Shown here: piece after piece, positions 1 to 10,432 of the stretch
How positions within the stretch are numbered: the stretch's first letter is position 1
Layout of the letters: each line of letters begins with the position of its first letter
Source: Synergistota bacterium
GTDB taxonomy: Bacteria > Synergistota > GBS-1
DNA length: 64,000 nt
Assembly: GCA_025060595.1 (NCBI GenBank)
Contig: JANXBX010000010.1
Coordinates: forward strand, 2,193 to 66,192
Direction: 5' to 3'
Notes under the pieces: model-generated
Databases searched by the model: none
Told to the model about the DNA's origin: nothing
The model's input: only the letters and a program-made list of their open reading frames with translations
Position numbers and translations under genes: made by a program

Positions 1-741
1 CGCTTTCAAAACCTCCCTAGTATCCAAGTTCAGCTTATGAAATATTAAAGCTAACTCATTTATCAAGGCTATGTTTATATCCCTTTGAATGTTCTCTATT
101 ACCTTTGCAGCTTCAGCCGTCCTTATACTACTAGCCTTATAAACGCCAGCCAAACAAACCTTAGAGTAAACTTGGGATATTAACTCTAAGGTTTCTTGAG
201 TATCACCAGCTACAACTTTTATAACCTTATCCAAGCCATGATTTTTATCACCTGGGTTAACTCTCTCTGGGGAATATCCAACCCAAAAGTCTCGCTTCCA
301 AACCATTTTGCTTTCCTTTTCCAATATAGGTATACATATCTCTTCTGTAGCCCCAGGAAATACCGTAGACTCATAGACAATCACGCTTCCCTTTTGCAAA
401 TTTTTACCAACGATGGTAGAGGCCCCTCTTAAAAAAGCTAGATCTGGGTTTTTCAACTTATCAACTGGGGTAGGTACAGCTACTATTATAAACTTACAAC
501 CCTTGATAATCTCAGGATCAGAGGAAAAAAATACCTTTGCCTTCCTTAACTCCTCCTCGCTTACCTCAAAAGAGCTATCAATACCCCTCTTTAACTCCTC
601 TATCCTCTTCTTATTGATATCAAACCCTACTACATTAAAATGCCTCGAAAAGCTCACAGCTAAAGGTAGTCCCACATATCCAAGCCCAACCACACAAATC
701 TTTTCACTTCCAGAAAGCAAATCCTCAATCTTTAACATCAT
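1..741 (-). CDS. Nucleotide-sugar dehydrogenase (UDP-GlcNAc/UDP-ManNAc 6-dehydrogenase-like, TviB/WbpO/Cap5O family), N-terminal ~247 codons; the 3' end lies beyond the window start
   Basis: Not in the ORF track because there is no stop in the window. Manual reverse translation from ATG 741 gives [31 protein letters not shown]...IIVAVPTPV...[12 protein letters not shown]...[17 protein letters not shown]. It carries the Rossmann GxGxxG and PERxxPGD motifs of the UDP-glucose/GDP-mannose dehydrogenase family. ATGA start/stop overlap with the upstream glycosyltransferase. The + ORFs 196..432 and 413..775 are its antisense shadows. Confidence 0.8.
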   Translation of the reverse strand, partial: MMLKIEDLLSGSEKICVVGLGYVGLPLAVSFSRHFNVVGFDINKKRIEELKRGIDSSFEVSEEELRKAKVFFSSDPEIIKGCKFIIVAVPTPVDKLKNPDLAFLRGASTIVGKNLQKGSVIVYESTVFPGATEEICIPILEKESKMVWKRDFWVGYSPERVNPGDKNHGLDKVIKVVAGDTQETLELISQVYSKVCLAGVYKASSIRTAEAAKVIENIQRDINIALINELALIFHKLNLDTREVLKA

Positions 742-1985
742 AAGTAATCCCCCAAGATCTCCTGCCACTTTTTAGCTATTACCTTTATATCAAAATCCTT
801 TGCCCTTTCCTTACCTTTCTGAGAATAACCCTTCCTTAAACCTTCATCAAGTAAAAGCTTCTTAACTACATCAACCCACATCCTCTCTTTATCATCCAAA
901 GGCTCACTAGCACCCTTAAAACTACCATCAAAAACAGGCATCAAAACACCATAATCCGCAAACTCAGGAACCTCAGTCTGATACTCAAAATCCGTATCAG
1001 GTGCCAAAACCTCCCTAGGACCACTCCTACAATCAGAAGATATAACAGGAACACCACAAGCTAAAGCCTCAACCAAAACATTAGGAAGCCCTTCCCATAA
1101 AGAAGGAAAAAGAAAAAGAGCAGAGTTAGAAACAAACTTAAACGGATTCCTATGAAAACCTAAAAAGTAAACATCAAAGCCAGAAGAAAGCTCATCCCTA
1201 TCCCAAAGATAGGTCCTTAAATTAAGCTCCTCAGAAAGCTTAACTAAATAACCCTTTAACTCCCCATCACCTAAAATAACAAGCTTAAGATCAGGAAAAT
1301 CACACTTCAAAGCCTTAAATATCCTCAACAAATACCACTGACCCTTAGCTTTAGTAAGCCTTCCTACTGTTATAAGCACAGGATAACTAAAAATACCACA
1401 ATGCTCACCCAAATCCTCCCTAACACCTAAAGAGATCTCATCAAAATAAATAGGATTGTAGATTACCTTAATTTTATAAGGATCGATATTATAATTCTTA
1501 ACCATGTCCCACTTAACAGATTCAGATGCCGCTACCAAGACATCAGCCTTATTGTAAATAAGCTTAAAAGCCAATTTATACAGAGCCACAACAACCTTTT
1601 TTGTCAAGCCTTGTCCCCAAAAGGGGCTATTTAAAATATCCAAAGTATAATTAGAACGAAAAGAAACAAATATCCTTTCTTCTGGAAACTTTGTCAGTAA
1701 ATTATACAAATTTGCTGGCTCAAGCAAGCTAATGGTCAAATTTGGCTTCAGCTTTTTCTTTATCTTTCTTATTCTGTATATTCTAAAGGGTAAATTGAGA
1801 AACTTCTTAAACAGGCTTTGAGAAGCTGGGCTATTTATGCAAAAAACCTTCTCCTCAGGCATAGGATAGTCTATTAGGTTTTCAAAGGTAATAAAGCCAT
1901 CGAAACCTAACGCCTTAAACAAATTTACAGCAACTCGCTCTGCCCCACCCCTACCAAGATGAGGAATAAGAATAAGCTTAGTCAT
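738..1985 (-). CDS. Glycosyltransferase family 4 (GT-B fold, Glycos_transf_1)
   Basis: 415-aa ORF. N-terminal [10 protein letters not shown] motif and C-terminal [26 protein letters not shown] (E-x7-E GT4 signature). Sits within a polysaccharide gene string. Confidence 0.85.
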   Translation of the reverse strand: MTKLILIPHLGRGGAERVAVNLFKALGFDGFITFENLIDYPMPEEKVFCINSPASQSLFKKFLNLPFRIYRIRKIKKKLKPNLTISLLEPANLYNLLTKFPEERIFVSFRSNYTLDILNSPFWGQGLTKKVVVALYKLAFKLIYNKADVLVAASESVKWDMVKNYNIDPYKIKVIYNPIYFDEISLGVREDLGEHCGIFSYPVLITVGRLTKAKGQWYLLRIFKALKCDFPDLKLVILGDGELKGYLVKLSEELNLRTYLWDRDELSSGFDVYFLGFHRNPFKFVSNSALFLFPSLWEGLPNVLVEALACGVPVISSDCRSGPREVLAPDTDFEYQTEVPEFADYGVLMPVFDGSFKGASEPLDDKERMWVDVVKKLLLDEGLRKGYSQKGKERAKDFDIKVIAKKWQEILGDYL

Positions 1986-2012
1986 AAGATAATGCCTCCT
2001 TCACAATATATC

Positions 2013-3017
2013 TTAATCAACATATCCCTGAAAATATAAACAGGGTCCTTCATCCTTTAAAGCGGACACTAAATATAAAACCATGCAGATAGGGCTATAT
2101 ATTAAATTTCTCAATCTTTTAACAACCAATAGGCTTTCACTTAAAAAGCTGTTAGAGTCTTTCAACTTGCTTATCGACTCTAGATCAACTGCCTCAGCAA
2201 TATGTTTATCAGCAACTAACTTTTCTTTTAAACACCTCTTCAACTTCGGCCCCAAAGAACCCAGAACAATAAAATCTATAAAGGGGCTGTAGTCTCTAAG
2301 CCTTCTATCCACAGATTTGACACTCAAATTGCCATATCCAAGATTAGCAAAACATCTAAGTAAGCTATTTTTACTAAACCATAAGAAATGATGAGGAGGC
2401 TTATCCCCAGTAAAATACTTTCTATCCATTTTAACAAACAACCTCTCCCTATTTGGGACGCTACCAGCTATCCAGCCTCCGGGTTTCAATAATTTCTTAA
2501 CGGTCTCTAAGAACTCCCTAGGTCTATCTTGGTGCTCTAAAACCTCAAAGAAGGTTATTACATCAAACTTAAGCCCATCTTTATCAGCGAACTTCGCAAA
2601 CTCCTCAAGACTCATAGCAAACGTATTCTCTAAACCCCATTTCTCTTTACAAACCTTTATAGATTTGCTATCGAAGTCTATACCCCAAACCTCATAACCA
2701 GCTCTCCTTGCCTCCTTTAAAAACACCCCATCACCACAACCTATATCAAGAAGCCTACCAGACTTCACTGGTATAAATTTGAAAAACATCTCGTGATTTT
2801 TTCCTATCTTCTCCCTTAAACCTATGTGAAAAGCGGCATAAGATTTCTCTACCTCCTGTTCGTAATAACACGGAATGATCTTCAAAGGCTCCCACCACTC
2901 AAGGTAACAGGAATCACAGCTATAAAGCTTATATTCCTGGTTATTAAAGGAGGAAACGTAAGTTTCAATGAAAGATTCATCGCTCCTTAAATTTCCACAG
3001 ATAGGGCATTTAGGCAT
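2013..3017 (-). CDS. Class I SAM-dependent methyltransferase with an N-terminal 4-Cys zinc ribbon
   Basis: 334-aa ORF. CPICG...CDSC ribbon, LLDIGCGDGVF (SAM motif I), DVITFFEVLEH, KPGGW. Confidence 0.8.
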   Translation of the reverse strand: MPKCPICGNLRSDESFIETYVSSFNNQEYKLYSCDSCYLEWWEPLKIIPCYYEQEVEKSYAAFHIGLREKIGKNHEMFFKFIPVKSGRLLDIGCGDGVFLKEARRAGYEVWGIDFDSKSIKVCKEKWGLENTFAMSLEEFAKFADKDGLKFDVITFFEVLEHQDRPREFLETVKKLLKPGGWIAGSVPNRERLFVKMDRKYFTGDKPPHHFLWFSKNSLLRCFANLGYGNLSVKSVDRRLRDYSPFIDFIVLGSLGPKLKRCLKEKLVADKHIAEAVDLESISKLKDSNSFLSESLLVVKRLRNLIYSPICMVLYLVSALKDEGPCLYFQGYVD

Positions 3018-4376
3018 TCAAACACCTCCTCTCTTCAAACCTATATACCCTATTGAACAGAGAAAAAGATAAGAAAAAAATGTGCCTAGACAAATCCCAA
3101 CAATCCCTAAGCCTAATTCTATCATAAAGAGATAGTTTAACACACCATTTAAAAGAACCCCTGAAAAAGCTATCATGACTAAGCCTCTCATCTTCCCTCT
3201 TATTTGAAAAACCCTGTAAACGATAGGCCACAAAAACATAAAAGGAAAGCTTAAAGAGTAAAACCTTAAAGCACTAGATGTTAAATCTATATCTACCTTT
3301 GAAAAAGCACCATAACCAAAAAGAAGCCTTACAATTAGCCCTGAAAAAGCAAAGAGGAAAATAGAGAGGGGAACAGTTATCAAAAGCAGTTTTTCTATAT
3401 AGAAGTTAAGCTTTTCAAGGCTTCCCCTTGCCTCAGAAAGGCTCGTCATCGCAACATTTTCTATTTTCAAAATGCCCTTTAATCCGGTTAGTATAACAAG
3501 ACCATAAGACAAGGCAGAAACGGACCTTTCCGGCAAGATAGAAGCAAAGGCTCTATCTACCATTATGTAAAGGTGAAATACACCGTAAAGTATGGAAAGC
3601 TGAAAAAAACACTTTAAGATGGTTTTTACTTTCTCATCTTTATAAAACCTTAGATGGAAAAACTCCCTACCTTTGAAGGTTATAAATAAGGTTCCAATTA
3701 ACTGAGAAAGGGCAAGGCTTAAGGGCAAAACCCAATAATCCCTGAAAGCTAAAAGTCCGAAAAGAATCATCAAAAAAGAGGAAAGTGAGATTATAAATTC
3801 AGCCACAAAATAAGCTGTAAATCTTCTTAAGCTTCTTAAAACCGCTCCAAAATGTTGAAAAATAAAAGAGAAAAAGAGATAAGGAAGCAGAAGTAAATAA
3901 GAAACCTTAAGATAATTTAAAGCTTCCTCTTTAAAACCAAGGGGAATCTTTAATATAAGAGGCATAAGCAAAAAGGCAAAAACTGAGGAAAGTATCGCTA
4001 AAGTCAAAGCAAAGGCAAATAAAAAACCAGAAAGCCTTTTAAACTCCCCCATGTTTTCCTGTCTTGCTTTAACGAGGTTCGGAACACCAATAGACTCAAA
4101 AACATCAGAGAATATAATAAAAATGCCAAGTAAAGAGAGAGCCATAAAATAACCATCCGTTTTAGCACTGAAGCCAAGGAGAACGGCAATAGCTACATTT
4201 TTTAAATAACCTATTCCACGAGCTAAAAGATTTAAAAAAGAGGATCTTATGACCGCTTCTAATACCTTTTCTTCCCTTTCTAAATCCCACTTACGAAAGG
4301 ATCTAATAGCTTCCTTTAAACTATCAAGCTCTAAAAGCCTGGTAATAGAAAACTTTTTTATAATTTTAAAAAACAA
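3018..4376 (-). CDS. MurJ/MviN-like MOP-superfamily flippase (lipid-linked oligosaccharide or lipid II export)
   Basis: 452-aa polytopic membrane ORF. The N-terminal LLGFSAKTDGYFMALSL...GVPNLVKA resembles the MurJ N-terminal consensus. Its stop abuts the methyltransferase start with zero gap. Confidence 0.7.
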   Translation of the reverse strand: MFFKIIKKFSITRLLELDSLKEAIRSFRKWDLEREEKVLEAVIRSSFLNLLARGIGYLKNVAIAVLLGFSAKTDGYFMALSLLGIFIIFSDVFESIGVPNLVKARQENMGEFKRLSGFLFAFALTLAILSSVFAFLLMPLILKIPLGFKEEALNYLKVSYLLLLPYLFFSFIFQHFGAVLRSLRRFTAYFVAEFIISLSSFLMILFGLLAFRDYWVLPLSLALSQLIGTLFITFKGREFFHLRFYKDEKVKTILKCFFQLSILYGVFHLYIMVDRAFASILPERSVSALSYGLVILTGLKGILKIENVAMTSLSEARGSLEKLNFYIEKLLLITVPLSIFLFAFSGLIVRLLFGYGAFSKVDIDLTSSALRFYSLSFPFMFLWPIVYRVFQIRGKMRGLVMIAFSGVLLNGVLNYLFMIELGLGIVGICLGTFFSYLFLCSIGYIGLKRGGV

Positions 4377-4456
4377 GTTATAAACGATTTTTATCTCCCA
4401 CCCACAGGAGAAACCTTAACGGAAAAACCGAAGTTTCAGTGATGAAAATCGCATCG

Positions 4457-5629
4457 CTACAATTGTACATCATTAATTTCCTCCCAACTTGAGAAGGCCT
4501 CTTTCTTATAGATAAGCTTTCCATCACTAAAGACAAGAAGCGCAGGAAAGGCCTTTATATCCCATTTTGACACTAACCTGGAATATTTATATTTATCAAG
4601 GGGGATTATATCCTCATGAGGAAGATCCCTCTTGAGCATTCTGTTAACTTCATCAAGAGGATCAAACACGAAAATATACTTTTTGGTAGAAGAAATAACG
4701 CTTTCCTCTATATACTTTTGCTCCCTTATATACCTTTCCGCAGAAACAGCCGCAATGGCACCATCTCCAACCGCAGTCGCTATTTGTCTTAAACCTTTAG
4801 ATCTCACATCACCTGCAGCAAATATACCTTCAACAGAAGTCTCCATCTCTTCGTTAGTTATTATAAAACCATATTCATCAAGCTTTAACAAGCCCTCCAC
4901 TAAAGAGGTATTAGGCTTAAGCCCTATATAAACAAATATTCCAGATATGGGGAGTTCCTTAAGCTCACCAGTGGAGAGATTTTCCACAAGCAATCCCTTA
5001 ACAAAGTTATCTCCCTTTATCTCCTTAACGACTGTGTTCCATAAAACCTCAATCTTGGGATTAGAAAAGAGCCTCTCCTGCAAAACTCTTTCGGCCCTAA
5101 GAGAATCCCTTCTATGAATCAAATAGACCTTTGATGCAAACTTCGTGAGATAAAGGGCCTCTTCAACAGCAGTGTTACCTCCTCCAACAACAGCAACTTT
5201 CTCATCTGTATAGAAGGCCCCATCACACACAGCACAATAAGAAACGCCCTTTCCCTTAAACTCCCTCTCTCCTTTAACACCAAGCTCTCTCGGAGATGTA
5301 CCAGAGGCAATTATCAATGCCTGAGTTTCAACCTCTCCCCTTGAGGTTATAAGCTTTCTCTCATTCCAATTTATCCCTTTGACTTCCGCAAAGATTATCT
5401 TAGCACCAAAGCCTTCTGCTTGCTTTTTCATCTTTTCTATCAATTCCACTCCTTCTATACCTTCAGGAAAACCAGGATAGTTTTCAACATGGCTTGCAGT
5501 AGCTACAAGCCCACCTAACAAGCTTTTCTCAAACACTTCCACATCAAGTAAAGCTCTTGCAGCATAGATAGCTGAAGTCAAACCTGCTGGACCAGCGCCT
5601 ATTATCGCCAAATCAGGCATACCGCTCAC
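4457..5629 (-). CDS. trxB: Thioredoxin-disulfide reductase with an extra C-terminal Cys-less thioredoxin-fold domain
   Basis: 390 aa. IGAGPAG FAD motif, redox-active CAVCDG, GGGNTAVEEA plus HRRDSLRA (NADPH type), AAGDV. About 80 extra residues end in ...WDIKAFPALLVFSDGKLIYKK (thioredoxin cis-Pro strand) with no CxxC. Confidence 0.9.
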   Translation of the reverse strand: MSGMPDLAIIGAGPAGLTSAIYAARALLDVEVFEKSLLGGLVATASHVENYPGFPEGIEGVELIEKMKKQAEGFGAKIIFAEVKGINWNERKLITSRGEVETQALIIASGTSPRELGVKGEREFKGKGVSYCAVCDGAFYTDEKVAVVGGGNTAVEEALYLTKFASKVYLIHRRDSLRAERVLQERLFSNPKIEVLWNTVVKEIKGDNFVKGLLVENLSTGELKELPISGIFVYIGLKPNTSLVEGLLKLDEYGFIITNEEMETSVEGIFAAGDVRSKGLRQIATAVGDGAIAAVSAERYIREQKYIEESVISSTKKYIFVFDPLDEVNRMLKRDLPHEDIIPLDKYKYSRLVSKWDIKAFPALLVFSDGKLIYKKEAFSSWEEINDVQL

Positions 5630-5644
5630 CTCCTTTTAAAAGGC

Positions 5645-7468
5645 TTACTCAACCGTAACACTCTTGGCAAGATTTCTAGGCTGGTCTATCTCTCTTCCTA
5701 AAATGTCAGCCACATAGTACGCAAAAAGCTGTAATGGTATAACATTAATTAGAGGATAAAATTCCTCAAGAACTTCCGGAACATATAGCACATCAGATAC
5801 GTGGGACTTCATGTTTTCATCTCCCTCGGTAGCAATAGCTATGAGTTTCGCATGCCTCGCTTTGGCCTCCTGAATATTACTTAAAGTTTTAGCATAAAGC
5901 TTATCCTTTGGAACTATAACTAAAACCGGCATTAGCTCATCTATCAAAGCTATAGGTCCATGTTTCATCTCCCCAGCAGCATAAGCCTCAGCATGTATAT
6001 AAGATATTTCCTTAAGCTTTAAGGCTCCCTCTAAAGCAATAGGATAATTTATCCCCCTTGCAAGATAAAGGAAGTTAGAATAATGATAATACTTTTGAGA
6101 TAGCTCCTTAACCTGTGGAGATAACGCTAGGCAGGCCTCGACATGATAGGGAAGCTGCCAGAGCTCCCTTATGATAACTTCGCTCTCCCTCTCGCTTAAA
6201 GTCCCCCTAACCTGAGCAAATCTAAAGGCTAGAAGGTAAAGAGCTGAAAGTTGTGCAGTAAAGGCCTTTGTTGAGGCTACACCAATTTCCGGACCCGCCC
6301 TTAAATACATGGTCCTATGCGCTTCCCTCGTTATGGTGCTTCCCTGAACATTAGCTAATGCTAATGTGAAAGAACCTTTAGCCTTTGCCTCCCTGAGCCC
6401 AGCTAAGGTATCAGCTGTCTCACCCGATTGAGAAATGGCTATTGTCAAGCTGCCAGGAGGTATTATTGGATCCCTATATCTAAACTCGGAACCAATATCT
6501 ACCTCTACCGGGATCCTAGCCCATCTTTCAAAAATGCATTTCCCCACCATACCAGCATGATAGGAAGTCCCACAAGCTACTATGAAAATCTTATTCAAGC
6601 TTTTTATGTAACTATCATCTAAATCAAGCTCACTTAAGTCTATACTGCTTTCCTTCAGCCTCCCCTTAAGAACATTCCTGACCACACTTCCCTGCTCATT
6701 TATCTCCTTTAGCATATAATGCTTATACCCTCCACGAGATACCATAGAGCTATCCCATTCCACAAAGTGAACCTGCTTTACCTTTCTCGCTCCACCTAAG
6801 TCGAAAACCCACCACCTTGATTCCTCTACAACTACCACTTCTCTATCCTCTAAGTAAACGACCTTTCTTGTGTAAGGAAGTATGGCAGGAACATCAGATG
6901 CAAGGAATGTCTCTCCCTCACCTATACCAAGAACTAAGGGGCTACCGTACCTTGCAGCTACAAGCTTCCTTGGCTCCTCGGTTGAAATTACAGCAATAGC
7001 ATAGGAGCCATCAAGCCTCTTTAGAGCCTTAGCAACTGCTTCCTCTAAGTTATTTGAATAATACTTGCTTATCAGCTGAACTATTACCTCTGTATCTGTC
7101 TCCGAGGAAAAGCGAATCCCCTCTAACTGAAGCTCATGCTTTATTTCTTTGTAATTTTCGATTATTCCGTTATGAACTAAGGCAAATCTCCCTGTAACAT
7201 CAACATGAGGATGAGCATTGACATCATTTGGACTTCCATGAGTAGCCCAACGGGTGTGACCTATACCGATGCTTCCCAGAAGGTCTTCCCCCTTAATAAG
7301 GTTTTCCAAATCTCTTATCTTTCCTGCGGTCTTAACCACCTTTATCCTTCCATCCGAAAGAAGAGCAACACCTGCGGAGTCATAACCTCTATACTCTAAG
7401 CGATATAATCCCTCAATAAGAATAGGTATTACATTTCTATAACCTATGTAACCTATTATCCCACACAT
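5645..7468 (-). CDS. glmS: Glutamine--fructose-6-phosphate aminotransferase
   Basis: 607 aa. N-terminal MCGIIGYIG (Ntn Cys), two SIS domains, C-terminal ...NLAKSVTVE. Confidence 0.97.
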   Translation of the reverse strand: MCGIIGYIGYRNVIPILIEGLYRLEYRGYDSAGVALLSDGRIKVVKTAGKIRDLENLIKGEDLLGSIGIGHTRWATHGSPNDVNAHPHVDVTGRFALVHNGIIENYKEIKHELQLEGIRFSSETDTEVIVQLISKYYSNNLEEAVAKALKRLDGSYAIAVISTEEPRKLVAARYGSPLVLGIGEGETFLASDVPAILPYTRKVVYLEDREVVVVEESRWWVFDLGGARKVKQVHFVEWDSSMVSRGGYKHYMLKEINEQGSVVRNVLKGRLKESSIDLSELDLDDSYIKSLNKIFIVACGTSYHAGMVGKCIFERWARIPVEVDIGSEFRYRDPIIPPGSLTIAISQSGETADTLAGLREAKAKGSFTLALANVQGSTITREAHRTMYLRAGPEIGVASTKAFTAQLSALYLLAFRFAQVRGTLSERESEVIIRELWQLPYHVEACLALSPQVKELSQKYYHYSNFLYLARGINYPIALEGALKLKEISYIHAEAYAAGEMKHGPIALIDELMPVLVIVPKDKLYAKTLSNIQEAKARHAKLIAIATEGDENMKSHVSDVLYVPEVLEEFYPLINVIPLQLFAYYVADILGREIDQPRNLAKSVTVE

Positions 7469-7474
7469 TAATCC

Positions 7475-8344
7475 TCACCACTCCTTCATTATATTTTCGA
7501 GAAAGGCCTTAAACTCCCTTTTGAAATCATTATGCCTCAATGCAAGCTCAACCGTCGCTTTGATAAAGCTTTCTATGGTTCCACAATCGTATCTTTTGCC
7601 CTTATACTTGACACCATAAATTGGTTCCTCTTCAAGAAGCAATCTCATGGCATCGGTAAGCTGGATCTCTCCACCAGCACCAGGTTCAACTCGCTCTAAA
7701 CAATTAAATATCTTAGGCGAAAGTATATATCTACCAATTATGGCAAGGTTAGATGGGGCCTCGTTTTTTTTAGGTTTCTCAACAAGATCAACAATCTTAT
7801 AGATACCCCTCTCTATCTCCTCAACCTTAACCACACCATACCTTGACACCTCATCCCATGAGACCTCCTCAAGAGCGATAACGCTGCCGCCAAATCTTTC
7901 GTGAACATCTAACAAAAAAGATATGGCTGGTCTCTCCCCTATTATTACATCATCCGCTAAAAATATCGCGAAATATTCATGCTCAACAACAGGCTTAGCG
8001 CAGAGTATAGCATGACCGAGCCCCTTTGGCTCTCTCTGTCTTACAAACACAAAATCAGCCATCTCAGATATGGATACTATAAGATCAAGAAGATCATTCA
8101 ATCCCTTTCCCCTTAGAGTAGATTCAAGCTCAAACGATCTATCAAAATAATCCTCTATAACCCTTTTGCCTTTAGCTGTAATAAGGATAAGTTGATTTAT
8201 CCCAGCAGAAACAGCTTCCTCCACTGAATACTGAACAAGAGGTTTATCTACAAGAGGTAGCATCTCTTTAGGAATTACTTTTGTGGCGGGTAAAAACCTC
8301 GTTCCAAGACCAGCTACTGGGAAGACGGCCTTCTTTATGCTCAT
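7475..8344 (-). CDS. galU: UTP--glucose-1-phosphate uridylyltransferase
   Basis: 289 aa. VFPVAGLGTRFLPATKVIPKEMLP and VEKP motifs typical of GalU. Only a 6-nt gap to glmS. Confidence 0.93.
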   Translation of the reverse strand: MSIKKAVFPVAGLGTRFLPATKVIPKEMLPLVDKPLVQYSVEEAVSAGINQLILITAKGKRVIEDYFDRSFELESTLRGKGLNDLLDLIVSISEMADFVFVRQREPKGLGHAILCAKPVVEHEYFAIFLADDVIIGERPAISFLLDVHERFGGSVIALEEVSWDEVSRYGVVKVEEIERGIYKIVDLVEKPKKNEAPSNLAIIGRYILSPKIFNCLERVEPGAGGEIQLTDAMRLLLEEEPIYGVKYKGKRYDCGTIESFIKATVELALRHNDFKREFKAFLENIMKEW

Positions 8345-8365
8345 AAGCCCACCCCCTCTTTGAGG

Positions 8366-10432
8366 TTAACGTAAGACCTTCTCCGGTTCCCCCCAGCTAT
8401 AATAAGTTACCTCATCCTCATAATGTGCAGTAGGCATCTCTATAAAAACCCTTAAGTTTTTTCTCGCTTCCTCTTTATCGCTACGCGAAAGGGAAGTATA
8501 GGATACTAAATAAGACTCATAAGGTGACCTTCTAAGGTGATAAGCTATAGGCATTTCCTTATCAATATAGAATATATTCCAAAATCGACCCCCAGTGTAG
8601 GCCATCAAGCTTTCCCAGGAAGGATCAGGCTCTTTATCGGAGATTATAAATAATCTAATCTGGTGCTTTCTCATAAAATATGCCATCTTACGCATTTCAG
8701 CCTCAGAAAGAACAGGTAGATTGCCACAATATAATAACACCCTTTCCCTATCTTTTTGAACCAATAGCCTTAAGACCCTATCTAATAAAGCCTTTGCATT
8801 AAATGGCTCTTTAGATTTCTCCCAAACCCATCTACTTATCGGAAGCTCAGAAGAGGAAAAAGCCCCAACAACAAAAGCCTCGTCAATAGCGAAAAGCCTT
8901 AGCTTAAGGACTTTTAAAACCTCCTCAATCTCCCTTTCAAAGGCAGGATCAGCTATAACGCCAATAGCTAAAGGCTTATCAATTTCCTTAATAGCGGAAG
9001 GCTCAATTATCCAATCTCCCTCAATAATGCGGACGAATAAGCCGATCTTTTCCAGAGGAAGAGGATACCAACCCTCTGAAACTTCGATCTCCACCTCTCT
9101 CTCAAGATTCTCTTTAATGTTAAGCTTTGCAATTCTTATCTCTATCTCACCTGTGTGAAGAGGGGTCTCCACCTTATAAAGAAGAAACCGATCAAAATCA
9201 ACTAAAAATATATTTCCAAACCTATCGAGGCAAAGAGAGGAAAGCGCCGAAACCTTTGAAACGTTAACCTTTTCTACAACCTTATCTTTATCTATAAGAA
9301 AGAAACACTTTCTTTCCTCGTCAGCAACGATAACCCTATTTTTAAAATCTAAGGAAAGACCTCTTGAAAAAACGTCCTCTAGAAATCTTCCCTTAAGCAA
9401 ACCATCCCATCCAAACTTAAACACGCATCTTTCGCTGCCATCAGAGACCCAAATGTCTCCCTTATCATCAACACAAAGAGCTAAAGGCTCCCATAAAACC
9501 CCTTCCCCTATGGTCCTTACAAGCTTCCCATCCAAGGTATATCTACATATGCGATGGTTACCCCAATCACATACATAAAGATAGCCATAGGGATCTATAG
9601 CTAATCCCTGCGGGTTAAGAAGCTCTCCCTCACCAAAAGAGTTAATTAACTTACCTGAAAGGTCAAAAATGAAAACCTTACTTTCTGAAAAGTCAGAAAC
9701 ATAGACGCGCCCATCTAAGGAAACTGCTATACCTGAGGGATTTTTTAGGCCTCCCCACGATCTAATAGGTATACCTTCCCTGGTAAGCACAAATATTTTG
9801 CCCCTTCCATAATCTGCTATATAAAGATTATCATCCGGACCTAAAGCCATGGCAGAAGCATTATAAACTGGGTTAATAAAGATGTTTCTAAGGCTTTCTA
9901 GAATTCCTTTATTTTCTCTTACCATATCAATGGGGTTAACCATAATATAGTTTTTAGGAAAGAGAAACTGCGGAATAGAAAGCCTTGGAAAAACCGTTTT
10001 ATTAACTTTTTCAAGAGCTCTTATAAGACGCAAATCTGCAGGCTTAACCTCTAAATAAAGCTCAAACATCCTTTTAGCTTCCTCTAACGCCCCCTGTCTT
10101 AGATATATCAATCCCTTCCAATAATAAGGCTCAAGCGCATAAAGATCTGCCTTTATAGCCTGATCAAAGTTTTTTAAGGCCTCATCGTATTTCCCCAACC
10201 AAAAGGCTTCTAATCCATTCTTAAACTCCCCTAAGGCTCTTACTGGATCTCTCTTAATCCCTCGAGGGGGAGCAATCTGTTCAGGAGGAACTAAACCCGG
10301 TAAGGGAGGAGGAGTTTTAGTAGAAGCGTAAATCTCACTCTTAATAAGAAAAAGAAAGAAAAATAGAAAAAAAGAAAGGGCTATCCTTAATAAGCAGTGA
10401 GTTTTCATATTTAACGAAAGCTTTCCCTCCAT
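8366..10432 (-). CDS. Exported TPR + NHL-repeat beta-propeller protein with an uncharacterised, vWA-like C-terminal ~250 aa
   Basis: 688 aa. Hydrophobic signal-like N-terminus, so the start may be the MKTH codon at 10408. TPR-like helices (AFWLGKYDEALKNFDQAI...). At least five NHL-type repeats (YIADYGRGKIFVL, VYVSDFSESKVFIF, LYVCDWGNHRICRY, IWVSDGSERCVFKF, VIVADEERKCFFL). The C-terminal domain has no motif I can name with certainty. Confidence 0.7.
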   Translation of the reverse strand: MEGKLSLNMKTHCLLRIALSFFLFFFLFLIKSEIYASTKTPPPLPGLVPPEQIAPPRGIKRDPVRALGEFKNGLEAFWLGKYDEALKNFDQAIKADLYALEPYYWKGLIYLRQGALEEAKRMFELYLEVKPADLRLIRALEKVNKTVFPRLSIPQFLFPKNYIMVNPIDMVRENKGILESLRNIFINPVYNASAMALGPDDNLYIADYGRGKIFVLTREGIPIRSWGGLKNPSGIAVSLDGRVYVSDFSESKVFIFDLSGKLINSFGEGELLNPQGLAIDPYGYLYVCDWGNHRICRYTLDGKLVRTIGEGVLWEPLALCVDDKGDIWVSDGSERCVFKFGWDGLLKGRFLEDVFSRGLSLDFKNRVIVADEERKCFFLIDKDKVVEKVNVSKVSALSSLCLDRFGNIFLVDFDRFLLYKVETPLHTGEIEIRIAKLNIKENLEREVEIEVSEGWYPLPLEKIGLFVRIIEGDWIIEPSAIKEIDKPLAIGVIADPAFEREIEEVLKVLKLRLFAIDEAFVVGAFSSSELPISRWVWEKSKEPFNAKALLDRVLRLLVQKDRERVLLYCGNLPVLSEAEMRKMAYFMRKHQIRLFIISDKEPDPSWESLMAYTGGRFWNIFYIDKEMPIAYHLRRSPYESYLVSYTSLSRSDKEEARKNLRVFIEMPTAHYEDEVTYYSWGEPEKVLR

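Noticed and set aside
196-775. Two + strand ORFs (78 and 120 aa) at the window start
   Set aside because: They lie antisense to a clearly homologous nucleotide-sugar dehydrogenase gene on the minus strand (1..741). Their products are low-complexity S/L/F-rich sequence with no motifs.
7469-7474. glmS ribozyme upstream of glmS
   Set aside because: The galU stop and the glmS start are separated by only 6 nt. No space exists for the ~170-nt ribozyme, so glmS is evidently co-transcribed with galU.
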